Source: a virus (lineage: Duplodnaviria > Caudoviricetes). From it: a stretch of DNA of 64,000 bases. Below the pieces are notes generated by a model. The model was given only the letters and a program-made list of their open reading frames with translations, was not told the origin of the DNA and ran no database searches. The translations under genes and the position numbers were made by a program. Positions 27,008 through 36,686 of this stretch are shown here, piece after piece. The stretch spans positions 7,201 through 71,200 of IMG/VR virus record IMGVR_UViG_2706795384_000001. One strand, written 5' to 3'. Within the stretch, counting starts at the first letter, position 1, and the number at the start of each line of letters is the position of its first letter.

Positions 27008-27262
27008 ATGACACTCAAAGTTGACCCGGCAGAGGTTCCCCGGTTGTTGTCCGCGGTGAAGCGGGGAACCGCACGCAGCGGACGGCTACGGGCGAAAGCT
27101 GAGGCGCGTTACAAGCGCGACCTTGCACGGGCCAACGAACCCCGGCGGCTTGCTGTGGTGGCAGCCAAGGACGCTGGCATCAAACGCGAGGAAATCGCGC
27201 AAGCCGCCGGGGTGTCAGTCGCTCGCTTGTACCAGATCATTGAGGGCGCTCAAGACGCCTAA
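27008..27262 (+). CDS. HTH DNA-binding protein
   Basis: GIKREEIAQAAGVSVARLYQII. Confidence 0.75.
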   Translation: MTLKVDPAEVPRLLSAVKRGTARSGRLRAKAEARYKRDLARANEPRRLAVVAAKDAGIKREEIAQAAGVSVARLYQIIEGAQDA

Positions 27263-27279
27263 AACGTCAAGGGGTGGAC

Positions 27280-27309
27280 TTGGTAATTGTCTGCCCCCTG
27301 GTATAGGTT
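27280..27309 (+). promoter_or_regulatory. Possible sigma-A promoter (TTGGTA-N18-TAGGTT)
   Basis: Intergenic, upstream of recombination genes. Confidence 0.35.
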
Positions 27310-27346
27310 TATTCCACCGAATCGCCACAAAAAACTACCCAAGGAA

Positions 27347-27709
27347 GTGACCTTTTTGGACCCGATCCAAGCCGCCCACATGCTCCCGAAATTGACCCGG
27401 GAACAGGGCAAAGCTGTTGTGCTGGAATCCCTACGCATGACCTATGAAGTCCTGCCAGCGGACGCCCCCATTGAGCAGACAGCCCGGGCCGTCGCCATGT
27501 TGTTGCAGGGCGACGTGTCCGCCCGTGAGCTTGAGGAAGCATATTCCTTGTGGCTGCTGCGAACGCAGATAGCTGACCCCAACGGCGACCTTGAGTGGCT
27601 GCTGGACCTCCCGAACACGGAAGCCAACCGCGAGGCCGAACAAGCCAACGCTGAGGGCAACCTCATGGCATCCATCAACGCCATTCTTGACAAGGCTGGC
27701 GTCAAATGA
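27347..27709 (+). CDS. Hypothetical protein
   Basis: GTG 27347 after AAGGAA. Confidence 0.65.
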   Translation: MTFLDPIQAAHMLPKLTREQGKAVVLESLRMTYEVLPADAPIEQTARAVAMLLQGDVSARELEEAYSLWLLRTQIADPNGDLEWLLDLPNTEANREAEQANAEGNLMASINAILDKAGVK

Positions 27710-28659
27710 CCGCGGTTGCTGAGGCAACTCAGTACGTCGACCACTCCATCCCGGGCCACGCGCCGGGGTCTGAGGAATGGGTGCGATACCTCACGGCCTC
27801 CAAAATTGCGGCAATCATGGGCCACAGCACCTATGACAGCTATTTCAGCATGTGGCACCGCATGGCGGGGAACATCAGCCCGGACGCGGCCAGCGAGGAA
27901 GCCCTGCGCGGCCACTACCTTGAACCGTCCATTGCCAACTGGTTTGGCGACCAGATGCCCGGTTACAAGCTGCTTCCAACGGGCATGTGGGTGGCCAAAG
28001 ACGACCCGCGGTTCGCCGCCACCCCTGACCGCTTCATGGTCCCCGTGGAACCCGGGCTTGTCCTCTCGTTGGGCGAGGTCAAAAGCTCCAATAACGATTG
28101 GGAGTGGGGCGCCGAGGACACCGAGGAAGTGCCCCTGCCCTACTACGACCAGACACAGTGGCAAATGCGCTGCATCCGAACCTACTACCCGCAAATTGAG
28201 GGCGTGCACGTCCCCGTGCTGACCACCGGGCTGAATTTCGCCAAGTATTACGTCCCGTGGGATCCGGACTACGTGGAAATTCTGGAAGCCAAGGCCAACG
28301 AGTTCATGGGCAAGCTGGAAGCCGGGGAATCCCCCAGCATTGACCCACTGGACGGCCATATCCAGACGTACACGGCCATTCGGAAGCTGCACCCGGATAT
28401 TGAACCTCACAGCGTTGCCTTGACCGACGACGAGGCCCGGGCGTTTTTCGACGCCCACGCCACGGACAAGGAACTTGCCCTGCGCTTGCAAGCTGCCAAG
28501 AACGTTATTGCGGCCAAGATGGGCAACGCTCAAACGGCCAAGTGGCGTGGCAGAAAGATATTCACCCGCATGTCCAAGCAAGGTGGCACGCCCTATCTGA
28601 CCGCAGCCCGGGGACTTCCCACTGCAGACCTCTTGAAAGAAATGGAAACCGCCGCATGA
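27706..28659 (+). CDS. YqaJ/lambda-exonuclease-family recombination exonuclease (RecE-like)
   Basis: LTASKIAAIMG, ATPDR, EVK, YYDQTQWQM motifs; next to RecT. Confidence 0.88.
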   Translation: MTAVAEATQYVDHSIPGHAPGSEEWVRYLTASKIAAIMGHSTYDSYFSMWHRMAGNISPDAASEEALRGHYLEPSIANWFGDQMPGYKLLPTGMWVAKDDPRFAATPDRFMVPVEPGLVLSLGEVKSSNNDWEWGAEDTEEVPLPYYDQTQWQMRCIRTYYPQIEGVHVPVLTTGLNFAKYYVPWDPDYVEILEAKANEFMGKLEAGESPSIDPLDGHIQTYTAIRKLHPDIEPHSVALTDDEARAFFDAHATDKELALRLQAAKNVIAAKMGNAQTAKWRGRKIFTRMSKQGGTPYLTAARGLPTADLLKEMETAA

Positions 28660-29600
28660 GTACCCCCGCACAGGAACGCGCCGTTGTAGTACAAGACCAA
28701 GTTCGCGGTCTGCTGTTGCACCACCGCCGTCAACTGACCAGCACGCTACCCTCCCACCTCAAGGACAAGGGCGACGCGTGGCTGTCCGGGGCGCTGGCTG
28801 CCCTGCAACGTAACCCCGACCTTGCAACCGCCGCGCTCAACGCACCCCACACCCTTGTTTCGGCACTGTCTGAGGCAGCCCAAAAGGGCTTGAACCCGGG
28901 AACGCCGGAATACTACCTGACCCCGCGCCGGAACAAGGGGCAGGACGAAATTCTTGGTATCACGGGCTACCAAGGCGAAATTGAGATGATTTTCCGGGCC
29001 GGGGCCGTGGCCACCATCGTGGCTGAGGTTGTCCACGAAAAGGACGAATACACCTACGAGCGAGGCGTAAACGACCGCCCCATCCATAAGATTCCTGGCG
29101 GCAACTTTGGCCGTGCGGCTGACCGGGGCAAGATGATTGGCGTCTATGCCTACTGCATCATGAAGGACGGCAGCGTTTCCCGCATCATCGAACACGGCGA
29201 GGACCATATCGAAAAGGTCAAGGCTGAGGCCAAGGGCGTTGACGGCCAGTTTTCCCCATGGCGCAAGTGGCCGGACCAGATGTGGCTCAAGACCGCCGTC
29301 CACTCTCTCAGCAAGTGGGTGCCCACGTCTGCCGAGTACATCAGGGAACAGCACCGCGCCGTGGCCGTTGGCGCAGCGACCGCCGTACCGGAAAGCGCCA
29401 AGGGCAACGCCGGGGGCGCGCCGTCCGGCGACACACCACGGCCAGCACCCGCCAATATCAATGACGACCCTAACCAGGGTGGACAATTTGAAGACCTTGG
29501 GGAACGCCCGAACGCTGACACCAACACTGGTGAGACGTTCGAGAATGACCCAACCGCGGCGGCTTGGGGGCTTGGGGATCCCGAATCGCAACAACAGTAA
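28656..29600 (+). CDS. recT: RecT-family single-strand annealing protein
   Basis: GLNPG..YYL-x-P, GYQGEIEM, M..KT motifs; acidic tail. Confidence 0.88.
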   Translation: MSTPAQERAVVVQDQVRGLLLHHRRQLTSTLPSHLKDKGDAWLSGALAALQRNPDLATAALNAPHTLVSALSEAAQKGLNPGTPEYYLTPRRNKGQDEILGITGYQGEIEMIFRAGAVATIVAEVVHEKDEYTYERGVNDRPIHKIPGGNFGRAADRGKMIGVYAYCIMKDGSVSRIIEHGEDHIEKVKAEAKGVDGQFSPWRKWPDQMWLKTAVHSLSKWVPTSAEYIREQHRAVAVGAATAVPESAKGNAGGAPSGDTPRPAPANINDDPNQGGQFEDLGERPNADTNTGETFENDPTAAAWGLGDPESQQQ

Positions 29601-29629
29601 AACCGCCACAACTAACTAAGGAACACAGC

Positions 29630-29788
29630 GTGAAAATGTCTGGGGTAGAGAACCACGTATTGGTGGGGGTCCGTGACTCCCGCACTTGGCCGCGACACAA
29701 GACCAAGGCCGTGAGCCGCAAGGCCAAGAGGGCAGCAATTGCCCGGGCAGCGCAAGCCAAGCGCGACGCTATCAGGGGTGACCGGTAA
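29630..29788 (+). CDS. Small basic protein
   Basis: GTG with RBS AAGGA. Confidence 0.5.
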   Translation: MKMSGVENHVLVGVRDSRTWPRHKTKAVSRKAKRAAIARAAQAKRDAIRGDR

Positions 29789-29790
29789 CC

Positions 29791-30039
29791 ATGTCACTGA
29801 GTCTGGGGAAAATTAATTCCATCCGTTTGGGTCTGGACCTTGGGGGTTCGGGCACCATCATGGCGACTTCAAAGCCGCTGCGCATTGCTGACAACGCGTT
29901 CCTCAAGTGCTGCAACAGGTGCGGCAACACCTACGAGACCGCGACCCGCCGGCAGCCCGTCATGAAGTTGTGCACCGATTGCAAGGACGTGCTGAGTCCG
30001 CAGGAACGTCGCACGTACATGGTCAGGCCAGCCAAATGA
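29791..30039 (+). CDS. Cys-rich (zinc-finger-like) protein
   Basis: CNRC and CTDC pairs. Confidence 0.6.
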   Translation: MSLSLGKINSIRLGLDLGGSGTIMATSKPLRIADNAFLKCCNRCGNTYETATRRQPVMKLCTDCKDVLSPQERRTYMVRPAK

Positions 30040-30368
30040 GCGAGCCAACCACACCACGGGAAGAAAAGCCCATTTGGCGCGACGGCGGACCCGGCAGCGT
30101 CAAGGGGACGGCGTACCAGTCCGAACAGGACGGCGACGCGATCAAGGCTGCATACCTGGGGGCCATGGAGACCGTGCGCGAGCTTATGGAGCGCCGCGGC
30201 GAGCTCACGGAAAAGGTCCGGTATCTGCACGGGCGCACCGAGTACACGCTGAACTATGACGCGTGCGCTGGGCTGTCCGACATTGAGAAAGTGGCTTTGG
30301 CCTACGGTGGCATACCCCCGTTTGGTGGGAGTGTGCGAGGCATCCGGGTAACTGTCTACAACGACTGA
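30036..30368 (+). CDS. Hypothetical protein
   Basis: ATGA coupling. Confidence 0.65.
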   Translation: MSEPTTPREEKPIWRDGGPGSVKGTAYQSEQDGDAIKAAYLGAMETVRELMERRGELTEKVRYLHGRTEYTLNYDACAGLSDIEKVALAYGGIPPFGGSVRGIRVTVYND

Positions 30369-30508
30369 ACCCGCTAGACCTCTCACCATTCACCAGACCG
30401 CCGCACGACACATCAACACCAAGGGGGGATTCCATGCCGTTGCACGTTGTGGAGTCCCCCACTGTGTCGCGCCCACGCTCGCTCAAAAGCGGGGGAAAGA
30501 CGCCGCCA

Positions 30509-30961
30509 ATGTCAGGCAAGGACACACGCGCCTACATCACAGTGACCAATGAACTGTTTGACCACCCCAAGTTCAAGCGCATCAAGAACCCTTGGGCACG
30601 GTTGCACCTCATTGAGCTTTGGACCTACTGCAACAGGTACAAGACCGATGGAGTGATTGACGAGGACGCCCTCATGGAGAAGGGCGACGACGTGGGCGAG
30701 GAACTGCTAAAGCGGGGATGGGTCCACGGACCAGACGCCCAAGGCGATTACCAGATGCACGACTACCTCAAGCACCAGAAAAGCAAGGCCGAAATCGAGG
30801 GGCTTACCAGGCATCGGACGACGGCAGCACAGTACGGAAACCACACCCGCTGGCATGAAGCAAAGGACGTGTTCGAGGCGTCTTGCGGGTTCTGCACTGG
30901 GGATTTGGAACCGCCGCGGACGAAATCCCGGAAAACCAGCGTTGGCCCTCATTCCAGCTAA
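30509..30961 (+). CDS. RepA-like replication initiator, N-terminal winged-helix part
   Basis: YITVTNELFDHPKF, LWTYC...TDG, YQMHDYLKHQ, GNHTRWH motifs; followed by iterons. Confidence 0.7.
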   Translation: MSGKDTRAYITVTNELFDHPKFKRIKNPWARLHLIELWTYCNRYKTDGVIDEDALMEKGDDVGEELLKRGWVHGPDAQGDYQMHDYLKHQKSKAEIEGLTRHRTTAAQYGNHTRWHEAKDVFEASCGFCTGDLEPPRTKSRKTSVGPHSS

Positions 30962-31040
30962 CACACAGCCAATCCCACGCAACACACAGGAAACTCACAG
31001 CGACATTTTGAGGGTCAAAAACCCCTAGAATCCGCCGATC

Positions 31041-31158
31041 TATCGCAAGTGCGATCACAAAAGCGATCACAAATGTGATCACAAACCGTATCGCAAACGC
31101 ATCACAAAACCGTCGCACCATAACCAGAACCAGAACCACAACCAGAACCACAACCAAC
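31041..31158 (+). repeat. Iteron-like array: 5-6 x 12-bp (K-ATCRCAA-N4) then 6 x 6-bp ACCAGA/ACCACA; probable replication origin
   Basis: Units at 31041, 31053, 31065, 31077, 31089, 31101; hexamers 31123-31158. Confidence 0.75.
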
Positions 31159-31255
31159 AAAACAGTGTGGGTCACCTTTCGTACTTGTAGAGGTGCTGAG
31201 AAATTCAAAACGTCCAGTTAGTTAACGCGCGGAAGCGCAGAAAGCGAGCAACCCG

Positions 31256-31639
31256 ATGCCCGACATGACCAACGCTCAACTAGCCCTCATGGCCGCTGCG
31301 AGCTACACCACCCCCGAACACGACACCATCAACGGCGTAACCTCCATAGCTGATTCGTTCCTCGAATGGCTGGACGAGAAAGACACCCACTACCAGGTGG
31401 CCCACCACGTCAAATGCCCCACATGCGCCGCGGCCCCCGGCAACGTCTGCCGCGACCGCTGGAACGCCGTAATGGGCACACCCCACCCCGACCGCATCAG
31501 CGCAGCCGTGGCAGCCCCACCAACCAGCCCACTGGAAAGGACATGCCCCTACTGCATGGCAAGCCCGGGCACGCAGTGCGCCGCCCCAAGTGGCCAAATC
31601 ATTGCCGGTTTCCACGCATCCCGCGAGGCATCCGAATGA
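31256..31639 (+). CDS. Protein with two CPxCxAxPGxxC zinc fingers
   Basis: CPTCAAAPGNVC and CPYCMASPGTQC. Confidence 0.75.
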   Translation: MPDMTNAQLALMAAASYTTPEHDTINGVTSIADSFLEWLDEKDTHYQVAHHVKCPTCAAAPGNVCRDRWNAVMGTPHPDRISAAVAAPPTSPLERTCPYCMASPGTQCAAPSGQIIAGFHASREASE

Positions 31640-31998
31640 CCACGGGCATGACCAACAACCAAGCCGCCCTGTTGGCAGCAACCACAGCCAACGCCAACCG
31701 CTTGGTAACCAACCGCGAGATTGTCCAAGCCACCATGTCATTCAAGGAACTGCTAGACACCTTGGACAAGCAAGACGCAACCACACAAGCGGAAGCCGAA
31801 AAAGCAGAGGACTACCAGGCGTTACCCGCATACTGCCAACCCCACTTGAAAGAGGTCTACGCAGACTTTTGGGGGCAAGGCGTACCCAAAGCGCGAGCCC
31901 TCCAACCCGGCGAACACTGCACAGGTAACCCATTCAGCCCAACCCAATGCGAAAACAGCCCCGCCCCACAACCCAACGAGGAAGGAACAAACCAATGA
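31636..31998 (+). CDS. Hypothetical protein; N-terminus resembles that of 31256 ORF
   Basis: MTNNQAALLAA vs MTNAQLALMAA. Confidence 0.65.
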   Translation: MTTGMTNNQAALLAATTANANRLVTNREIVQATMSFKELLDTLDKQDATTQAEAEKAEDYQALPAYCQPHLKEVYADFWGQGVPKARALQPGEHCTGNPFSPTQCENSPAPQPNEEGTNQ

Positions 31999-32705
31999 CA
32001 ACCCCCACAAACCACAGCGGTGACACACTCACCGTTTCCGTATCCACAGAGGTGGAAAACCCTGTGGAAAACCTATTGAGTGCGCTCAACGCGGACGTTT
32101 CCCCAGCAAAAGCACTGGCCATGTCCCTTGAGCTCTTGACCGGCCTCACGGAAGCCATGCCGGAAGACACCCGGGAACGCCTGTCCCGGCTTGGGGCCAC
32201 CATCAAGGGATACCCGGACCCCAAGACGGCGCGAGACGCTGAGGCAGCCCGTGAGCGTGCCGACGCAGCCCATATGAGGAACCGGGCGACCGGCTACGAC
32301 CTCAAGGCGGCGGCGTTGGAAGCTCTCACCCCGGAAGAATGGCTTGCGCACAAGACAGCCAAGGACCTGGCACAGGCCAAGAGGTCCGCGGAACGTCAGG
32401 AAGCCCGGGATGGGTCCATTTCGGTGGACATAACCACTGAGGTGCAAGAGACCGTGCGGGTGACCAAAGAGGAAATGAGCGCAGCCGGCTGGCACCACGA
32501 GAGCCAGTGCAACAGTGGGCATGAGTTAATGGCGGGTGTCGCAACCGTGGATGAAGCCGCGGCGTTGCGTGCGGACACCCACTATGCCTTGCAGGATTAC
32601 CACGACCGGGCGCACGGCATTACCCAGTGGGCGAACTGCCCTCATGAGCCGTGCAAGCTGCTGCCGGAAGCAGCCAAGGTCTTCAAGATCGGGGGACGGT
32701 CCTAA
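31995..32705 (+). CDS. Hypothetical protein
   Basis: ATGA coupling, RBS GAAGGAA. Confidence 0.7.
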   Translation: MTTPTNHSGDTLTVSVSTEVENPVENLLSALNADVSPAKALAMSLELLTGLTEAMPEDTRERLSRLGATIKGYPDPKTARDAEAARERADAAHMRNRATGYDLKAAALEALTPEEWLAHKTAKDLAQAKRSAERQEARDGSISVDITTEVQETVRVTKEEMSAAGWHHESQCNSGHELMAGVATVDEAAALRADTHYALQDYHDRAHGITQWANCPHEPCKLLPEAAKVFKIGGRS

Positions 32706-32995
32706 TGGCTGGTGAAGCAACAGCAAAGCGCCCGTGGGAAGCGCAGCGGCGTGCCGCGGCGGCGATCCTGCAAAGCATGGCCAACGAGGCAGAGGCAAAG
32801 GCGGCAGAGGCCAAGGTGAATCTGTTGTACGCCGATTCCTGCCCACCACATCCGGCAGCCCACCCGGCGGCGCATATCGCTGAGGATGCCGTTTTGCGGT
32901 CCCGGGCGAGGACAGCGCAGCACTACGACGCGGAACTCGCGGACCTCAACACAGCCCTTGCGGCAATTGCAGACCTGGAAGGGCCAGAACGATGA
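32705..32995 (+). CDS. Hypothetical protein
   Basis: TAATG coupling. Confidence 0.6.
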   Translation: MAGEATAKRPWEAQRRAAAAILQSMANEAEAKAAEAKVNLLYADSCPPHPAAHPAAHIAEDAVLRSRARTAQHYDAELADLNTALAAIADLEGPER

Positions 32996-33459
32996 AACAA
33001 CGGGACGCGCACGACGCAGCGGGGCGCATCTATGACGCCATGGACGACGGAAAACTCAAGACCATAACCCAAATCAGTGCGGGCAACAACGGGCACGTTG
33101 AGGCTTGGGTGGGGAACCCGGCATTGGGTTACTCGTTGGATAAGTCCGGCGCGGACCTTTTGGCGTTCATGGACCTGTTCCCCGGCGGAAGCATCAACCG
33201 CATGGGGCTGCAGAGCGCATCCCGCAAGGGCAGACCCGCAATTGACCGGGCCAGGTACATGACAAGCACGGACAGCGCCCGTGGCAACGTGCTGGTGATC
33301 CTCCACTACTACGTGGCCCACCAGTGCGAGGCATTCAGCGGACGCGCCGAAACCGGGGGCAAGCCCAAATGGTGGTGTGTGTCCTGCAAGAAACCCGTCA
33401 CCACCACCAAAGCCCGGGAAATCGGCCTCTTGCCCAAGCTGAACAGGAAGCGGAAATGA
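32992..33459 (+). CDS. Hypothetical protein
   Basis: ATGA coupling. Confidence 0.65.
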   Translation: MKQRDAHDAAGRIYDAMDDGKLKTITQISAGNNGHVEAWVGNPALGYSLDKSGADLLAFMDLFPGGSINRMGLQSASRKGRPAIDRARYMTSTDSARGNVLVILHYYVAHQCEAFSGRAETGGKPKWWCVSCKKPVTTTKAREIGLLPKLNRKRK

Positions 33460-33635
33460 GGATCCAGCGAGTTCACAACGGCGACTTGGTGCCCGTGGAA
33501 GGGCTGGACGTACCCCACGGCACTGAGCTTTACATCACCGGGGCCACGGGCGCGCTCAAGGTGGAGGAAGACCCGGTGACCAGCATTCTGACCATCACCA
33601 AAATGTGGGGCGACCTCACCCTGCAGACCCCATGA
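33456..33635 (+). CDS. Hypothetical protein
   Basis: ATGA coupling. Confidence 0.55.
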   Translation: MRIQRVHNGDLVPVEGLDVPHGTELYITGATGALKVEEDPVTSILTITKMWGDLTLQTP

Positions 33636-33765
33636 GGTGGCTCAAGCGCCTGTTCCAGCCTCATAACCCACGGTCAGCCGGCTGCCGCTATTTCTGTTGG
33701 TCATTCGACACCCTGGCTGAGGTCTGCGAAATCTGCGAAAAATAGCAATCTGGGGGTGTGCGCCA

Positions 33766-33797
33766 AAACAGGCACACACCCCCATAGATTGGAAATG
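33766..33797 (+). promoter_or_regulatory. AAACAGGCAC-box promoter 1 (-10 TAGATT)
   Basis: Box + 9 nt + -10 + 6 nt + G; embedded in hairpin 33751-33784. Confidence 0.8.
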
Positions 33798-33829
33798 TAA
33801 GCACCACGCCACAACGAAAGACGGACCCC

Positions 33830-34276
33830 GTGAGAATCACCCACAAAGACACCAAAGAGTTCAAAGACGTAGAGCTAGCCAGTGGGCTGCACTCCATGAC
33901 AGTGGAAACGGCCAACGGCGCCCGAATCACCATCGTGGAAACCCCGGAAGGCTTGAGCCTCCACGAGGGCAGCCACCGCAGCCTCAGAGTCAGCCCCATA
34001 GCCTCAAACGTCATTGCCGTAGCAATCCGTGACCCGTTCATTGAGACCGCAGCCCCCATGACCCAAGTAGCCAACGAGGACGCTCTCGCGCTAATCCCCG
34101 GCGGTTCCAAGCTCTACAGCATCCGAACCAAAACACTGTGGGACTGGTGGGGCGTAACGTCGCCACTCGTGGCCAGCAACGACATAGGGGAAGACGGCAA
34201 TTCCCACATGCACGCCGCAAATTTCTGGAAAGCGGAAGCGCCCCTGCTGCTGGCCGCAAAGCCGGACAATGACTGA
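33830..34276 (+). CDS. Hypothetical protein
   Basis: GTG with GAAAG RBS. Confidence 0.7.
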   Translation: MRITHKDTKEFKDVELASGLHSMTVETANGARITIVETPEGLSLHEGSHRSLRVSPIASNVIAVAIRDPFIETAAPMTQVANEDALALIPGGSKLYSIRTKTLWDWWGVTSPLVASNDIGEDGNSHMHAANFWKAEAPLLLAAKPDND

Positions 34277-34523
34277 GGACGACATTGTTGAGGATCAGGA
34301 CCAGCTAGACGCCCTCCCGCTGGGGTCCGTGGTCATTGACAGCTACCGGGCGCCCCTCAATGGCGACGTTTACCGCTCACACATCACTAACGGGTTCGTT
34401 CGCTGGTTCCAGGCAGGACCACAAGGCGTTTTCGTCACCGTGTGTTTCCCCGCCAAAGTCCTCCACCGCACTGACCTACCCACCACCACCGAACTGTTCC
34501 TGAAAGGACTAATCAGCCAATGA
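34269..34523 (+). CDS. Hypothetical protein (DALPLGSVV motif)
   Basis: Coupled ORF. Confidence 0.65.
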   Translation: MTEDDIVEDQDQLDALPLGSVVIDSYRAPLNGDVYRSHITNGFVRWFQAGPQGVFVTVCFPAKVLHRTDLPTTTELFLKGLISQ

Positions 34524-34990
34524 CCACCCTTGACGAAATCAGGGAACGCACTAGGTCCGCACTGAACACCCGGTTGCGCACCCTCAAGATAGAGCCGGAC
34601 CCCATCATGGGTGAATACTCACCCTTGCTGGCTGCCACGGACGACGGCCTATTCAACCTGATCCTGACCGTTTCGGACGGCAACTATGACACCCCGGTTG
34701 TCCCTTTGGCAGACGCCCACCAGATCGTGCACGCAGCCCGGGACGCCCACGCCCTCATGCTGGCCCTTGACGCAATCCGGGCACAGGTGAGCTTCACGGC
34801 CGAACAGTTCCGCAACACCTCCAACCGGCTCAACCAGGAAGTCATTGACGGCAGCCCTGACCGCGACGTCGACGCCGCTGCCCGATACGCGAACTACGCG
34901 AGCGCCAACGAGGCCATAGCCAGCCGGCTGGACAAGATCATTGACGACGTACTCAACCCCAAAGAGGAAGGCAACCCCGATGCCAACTAA
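34520..34990 (+). CDS. Hypothetical protein
   Basis: ATGA coupling, RBS GAAAGGA. Confidence 0.7.
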   Translation: MTTLDEIRERTRSALNTRLRTLKIEPDPIMGEYSPLLAATDDGLFNLILTVSDGNYDTPVVPLADAHQIVHAARDAHALMLALDAIRAQVSFTAEQFRNTSNRLNQEVIDGSPDRDVDAAARYANYASANEAIASRLDKIIDDVLNPKEEGNPDAN

Positions 34991-35246
34991 GCGCCCCGTG
35001 AAGCCCCTGACCCGCAAGGTGGGCACCAAGCCCCTGCCCCAGTACGCCGAAACGAAACAGGCCAGCCCCCGCATTGTCGTGGACCCGGAAGCCAAGACCG
35101 TCATTCTGGACCTGCAAATGGACGGGGTGTTCCTCAAGATGGACCCCGAAACCGCGCGCAAGCTGGGGGCAGCACTGGCAGCCGGGGCAGCGAAAGCGGA
35201 AGGCCGCACCAAGGGCCACGTGTTCATGATTGACGGGGGCGAGTAA
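34980..35246 (+). CDS. Hypothetical protein
   Basis: RBS GAGGAAGG. Confidence 0.65.
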   Translation: MPTKRPVKPLTRKVGTKPLPQYAETKQASPRIVVDPEAKTVILDLQMDGVFLKMDPETARKLGAALAAGAAKAEGRTKGHVFMIDGGE

Positions 35247-36457
35247 TGAGCTCACTCACTGACCCCAAGGGCATCAAGGCCACTGCCCGGGCGATCTATG
35301 AGGGCGGACGGGAACACCCGCTTGCTGACCTGGCCCGACTCATTGACGGCGCAATCAGCGACGCCAACTTCCGGGGGCTGGGACAGTTCGACGTGGCCCG
35401 GTGGGTGGCTTACGTGATCACGGAAGACCAGAAAGCCCGGATTGCCGAGGCGGACAAGACAGCACCCCACGGCCAGTTCGTACCCAACCCGCCCGGTGGG
35501 CTACTGGACTCTGCCAAGCCCCTGCCCCGGGTGAACTCGTGGGAGAACAAGCCAGCACCCAAGAACACCGCAGAAACGCCAGTAATCGAACTGGAACACC
35601 TGAACAGCGGCATGCTGCAAGAGCTCCTGAACCCGCACCCGGGCAAGGCTGCCCGGTGGATCATTGACCACTTGGAACCCGGCGCGTTTGACGACCTCAA
35701 AGCCATGGCCGTGCCCGTGGGCGCGCCAAACCCTGACCCCGAATATCCCAAGGTGCCGGACGCTGGCGAGTATCCCAAAGTGGAGTGGAACGACTCCCGC
35801 CCCGTCAAAGTCAGCTACCGGCAAGGCCCGGGGCTGTGGGACTTCCTCAAAGACGTGCCCACCATTCCCGACACCCCGAACCCGCTTGAGGGCTTCACCA
35901 AAGGGTGGGTGGCCTTTGGCGAGAAAAACCCACTGCCGCCCCTGCCCGACTTCCCCAAGCTGGACCTGTCAGGCATCCCCGCCATGCCCGTGGACATAAA
36001 AGAGAGCTTGGAACGCGCGAGCGAGCAACTACGCGAGAGCATGGAACGCGCCGCCAAGGCCGTCCGCAAGGGCATTGACGACGCCCGGGCAGCGGAAGCA
36101 CGCCGAATCCTGGCCGAACAGCCCCACGAACACATTTACGGGCGCGGGTCTAACGGTCTCTGCCGTATCTGTGGGGCAGAGTCCAACAGCCGGCGCGCGA
36201 GGGCTAAACGCCGCGCAATCCACAACGAGAAAGCCAAAGCCGCCGCAAAATACCCGCAGCACGCTTTTGGTGAGGAAGTGGACGTTTTGAGCCACCTCAT
36301 GAAAGCGCGAGTTCACGCCCCGGCGAACCATGAGGGCATGGTCACGGTGGTGTGGCCTGACGGCAGGGGCATGACACTGGAACATGTAACCACCCTCAGC
36401 GCCCCAGCGTCCCGACTCCACGAGGCGTTGAAAGCCAAGGGTGACGGCCATGAGTAG
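35246..36457 (+). CDS. Hypothetical Pro-rich mosaic protein
   Basis: 403 aa, TAATG coupling. Confidence 0.7.
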   Translation: MSSLTDPKGIKATARAIYEGGREHPLADLARLIDGAISDANFRGLGQFDVARWVAYVITEDQKARIAEADKTAPHGQFVPNPPGGLLDSAKPLPRVNSWENKPAPKNTAETPVIELEHLNSGMLQELLNPHPGKAARWIIDHLEPGAFDDLKAMAVPVGAPNPDPEYPKVPDAGEYPKVEWNDSRPVKVSYRQGPGLWDFLKDVPTIPDTPNPLEGFTKGWVAFGEKNPLPPLPDFPKLDLSGIPAMPVDIKESLERASEQLRESMERAAKAVRKGIDDARAAEARRILAEQPHEHIYGRGSNGLCRICGAESNSRRARAKRRAIHNEKAKAAAKYPQHAFGEEVDVLSHLMKARVHAPANHEGMVTVVWPDGRGMTLEHVTTLSAPASRLHEALKAKGDGHE

Positions 36458-36686
36458 ACGCCCCGGGCGTGCCAAAATGTGTGGGTGGCTGAGTTCGGCG
36501 CTTCACAGCATCCAGACGCGGCCAACCAACCCCGCTGACATAAAGCGCCTTGGTGCCCTCTCAGTCAAGGCAGAGAAAGACCTGCAAGCCCTTGCGTTTA
36601 TCGCGTTCCACCTGTCCTGGAACGTGTCCGCTGACCTTGATATGGCGTGGGAAAGCATCCAAGAGTATGACGCCGCACATGGATGA
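36450..36686 (+). CDS. Hypothetical protein
   Basis: Coupled ORF. Confidence 0.5.
   Translation: MSRRPGRAKMCGWLSSALHSIQTRPTNPADIKRLGALSVKAEKDLQALAFIAFHLSWNVSADLDMAWESIQEYDAAHG

Noticed and set aside
31041-31158. CRISPR-like array
   Set aside because: Units are 6-12 bp and contiguous, with no spacers and no cas genes.
30959-31225. Stop-codon reassignment to explain in-frame stops after the initiator
   Set aside because: TAA, TGA and TAG all end well-defined genes elsewhere, and two different stop types occur here.
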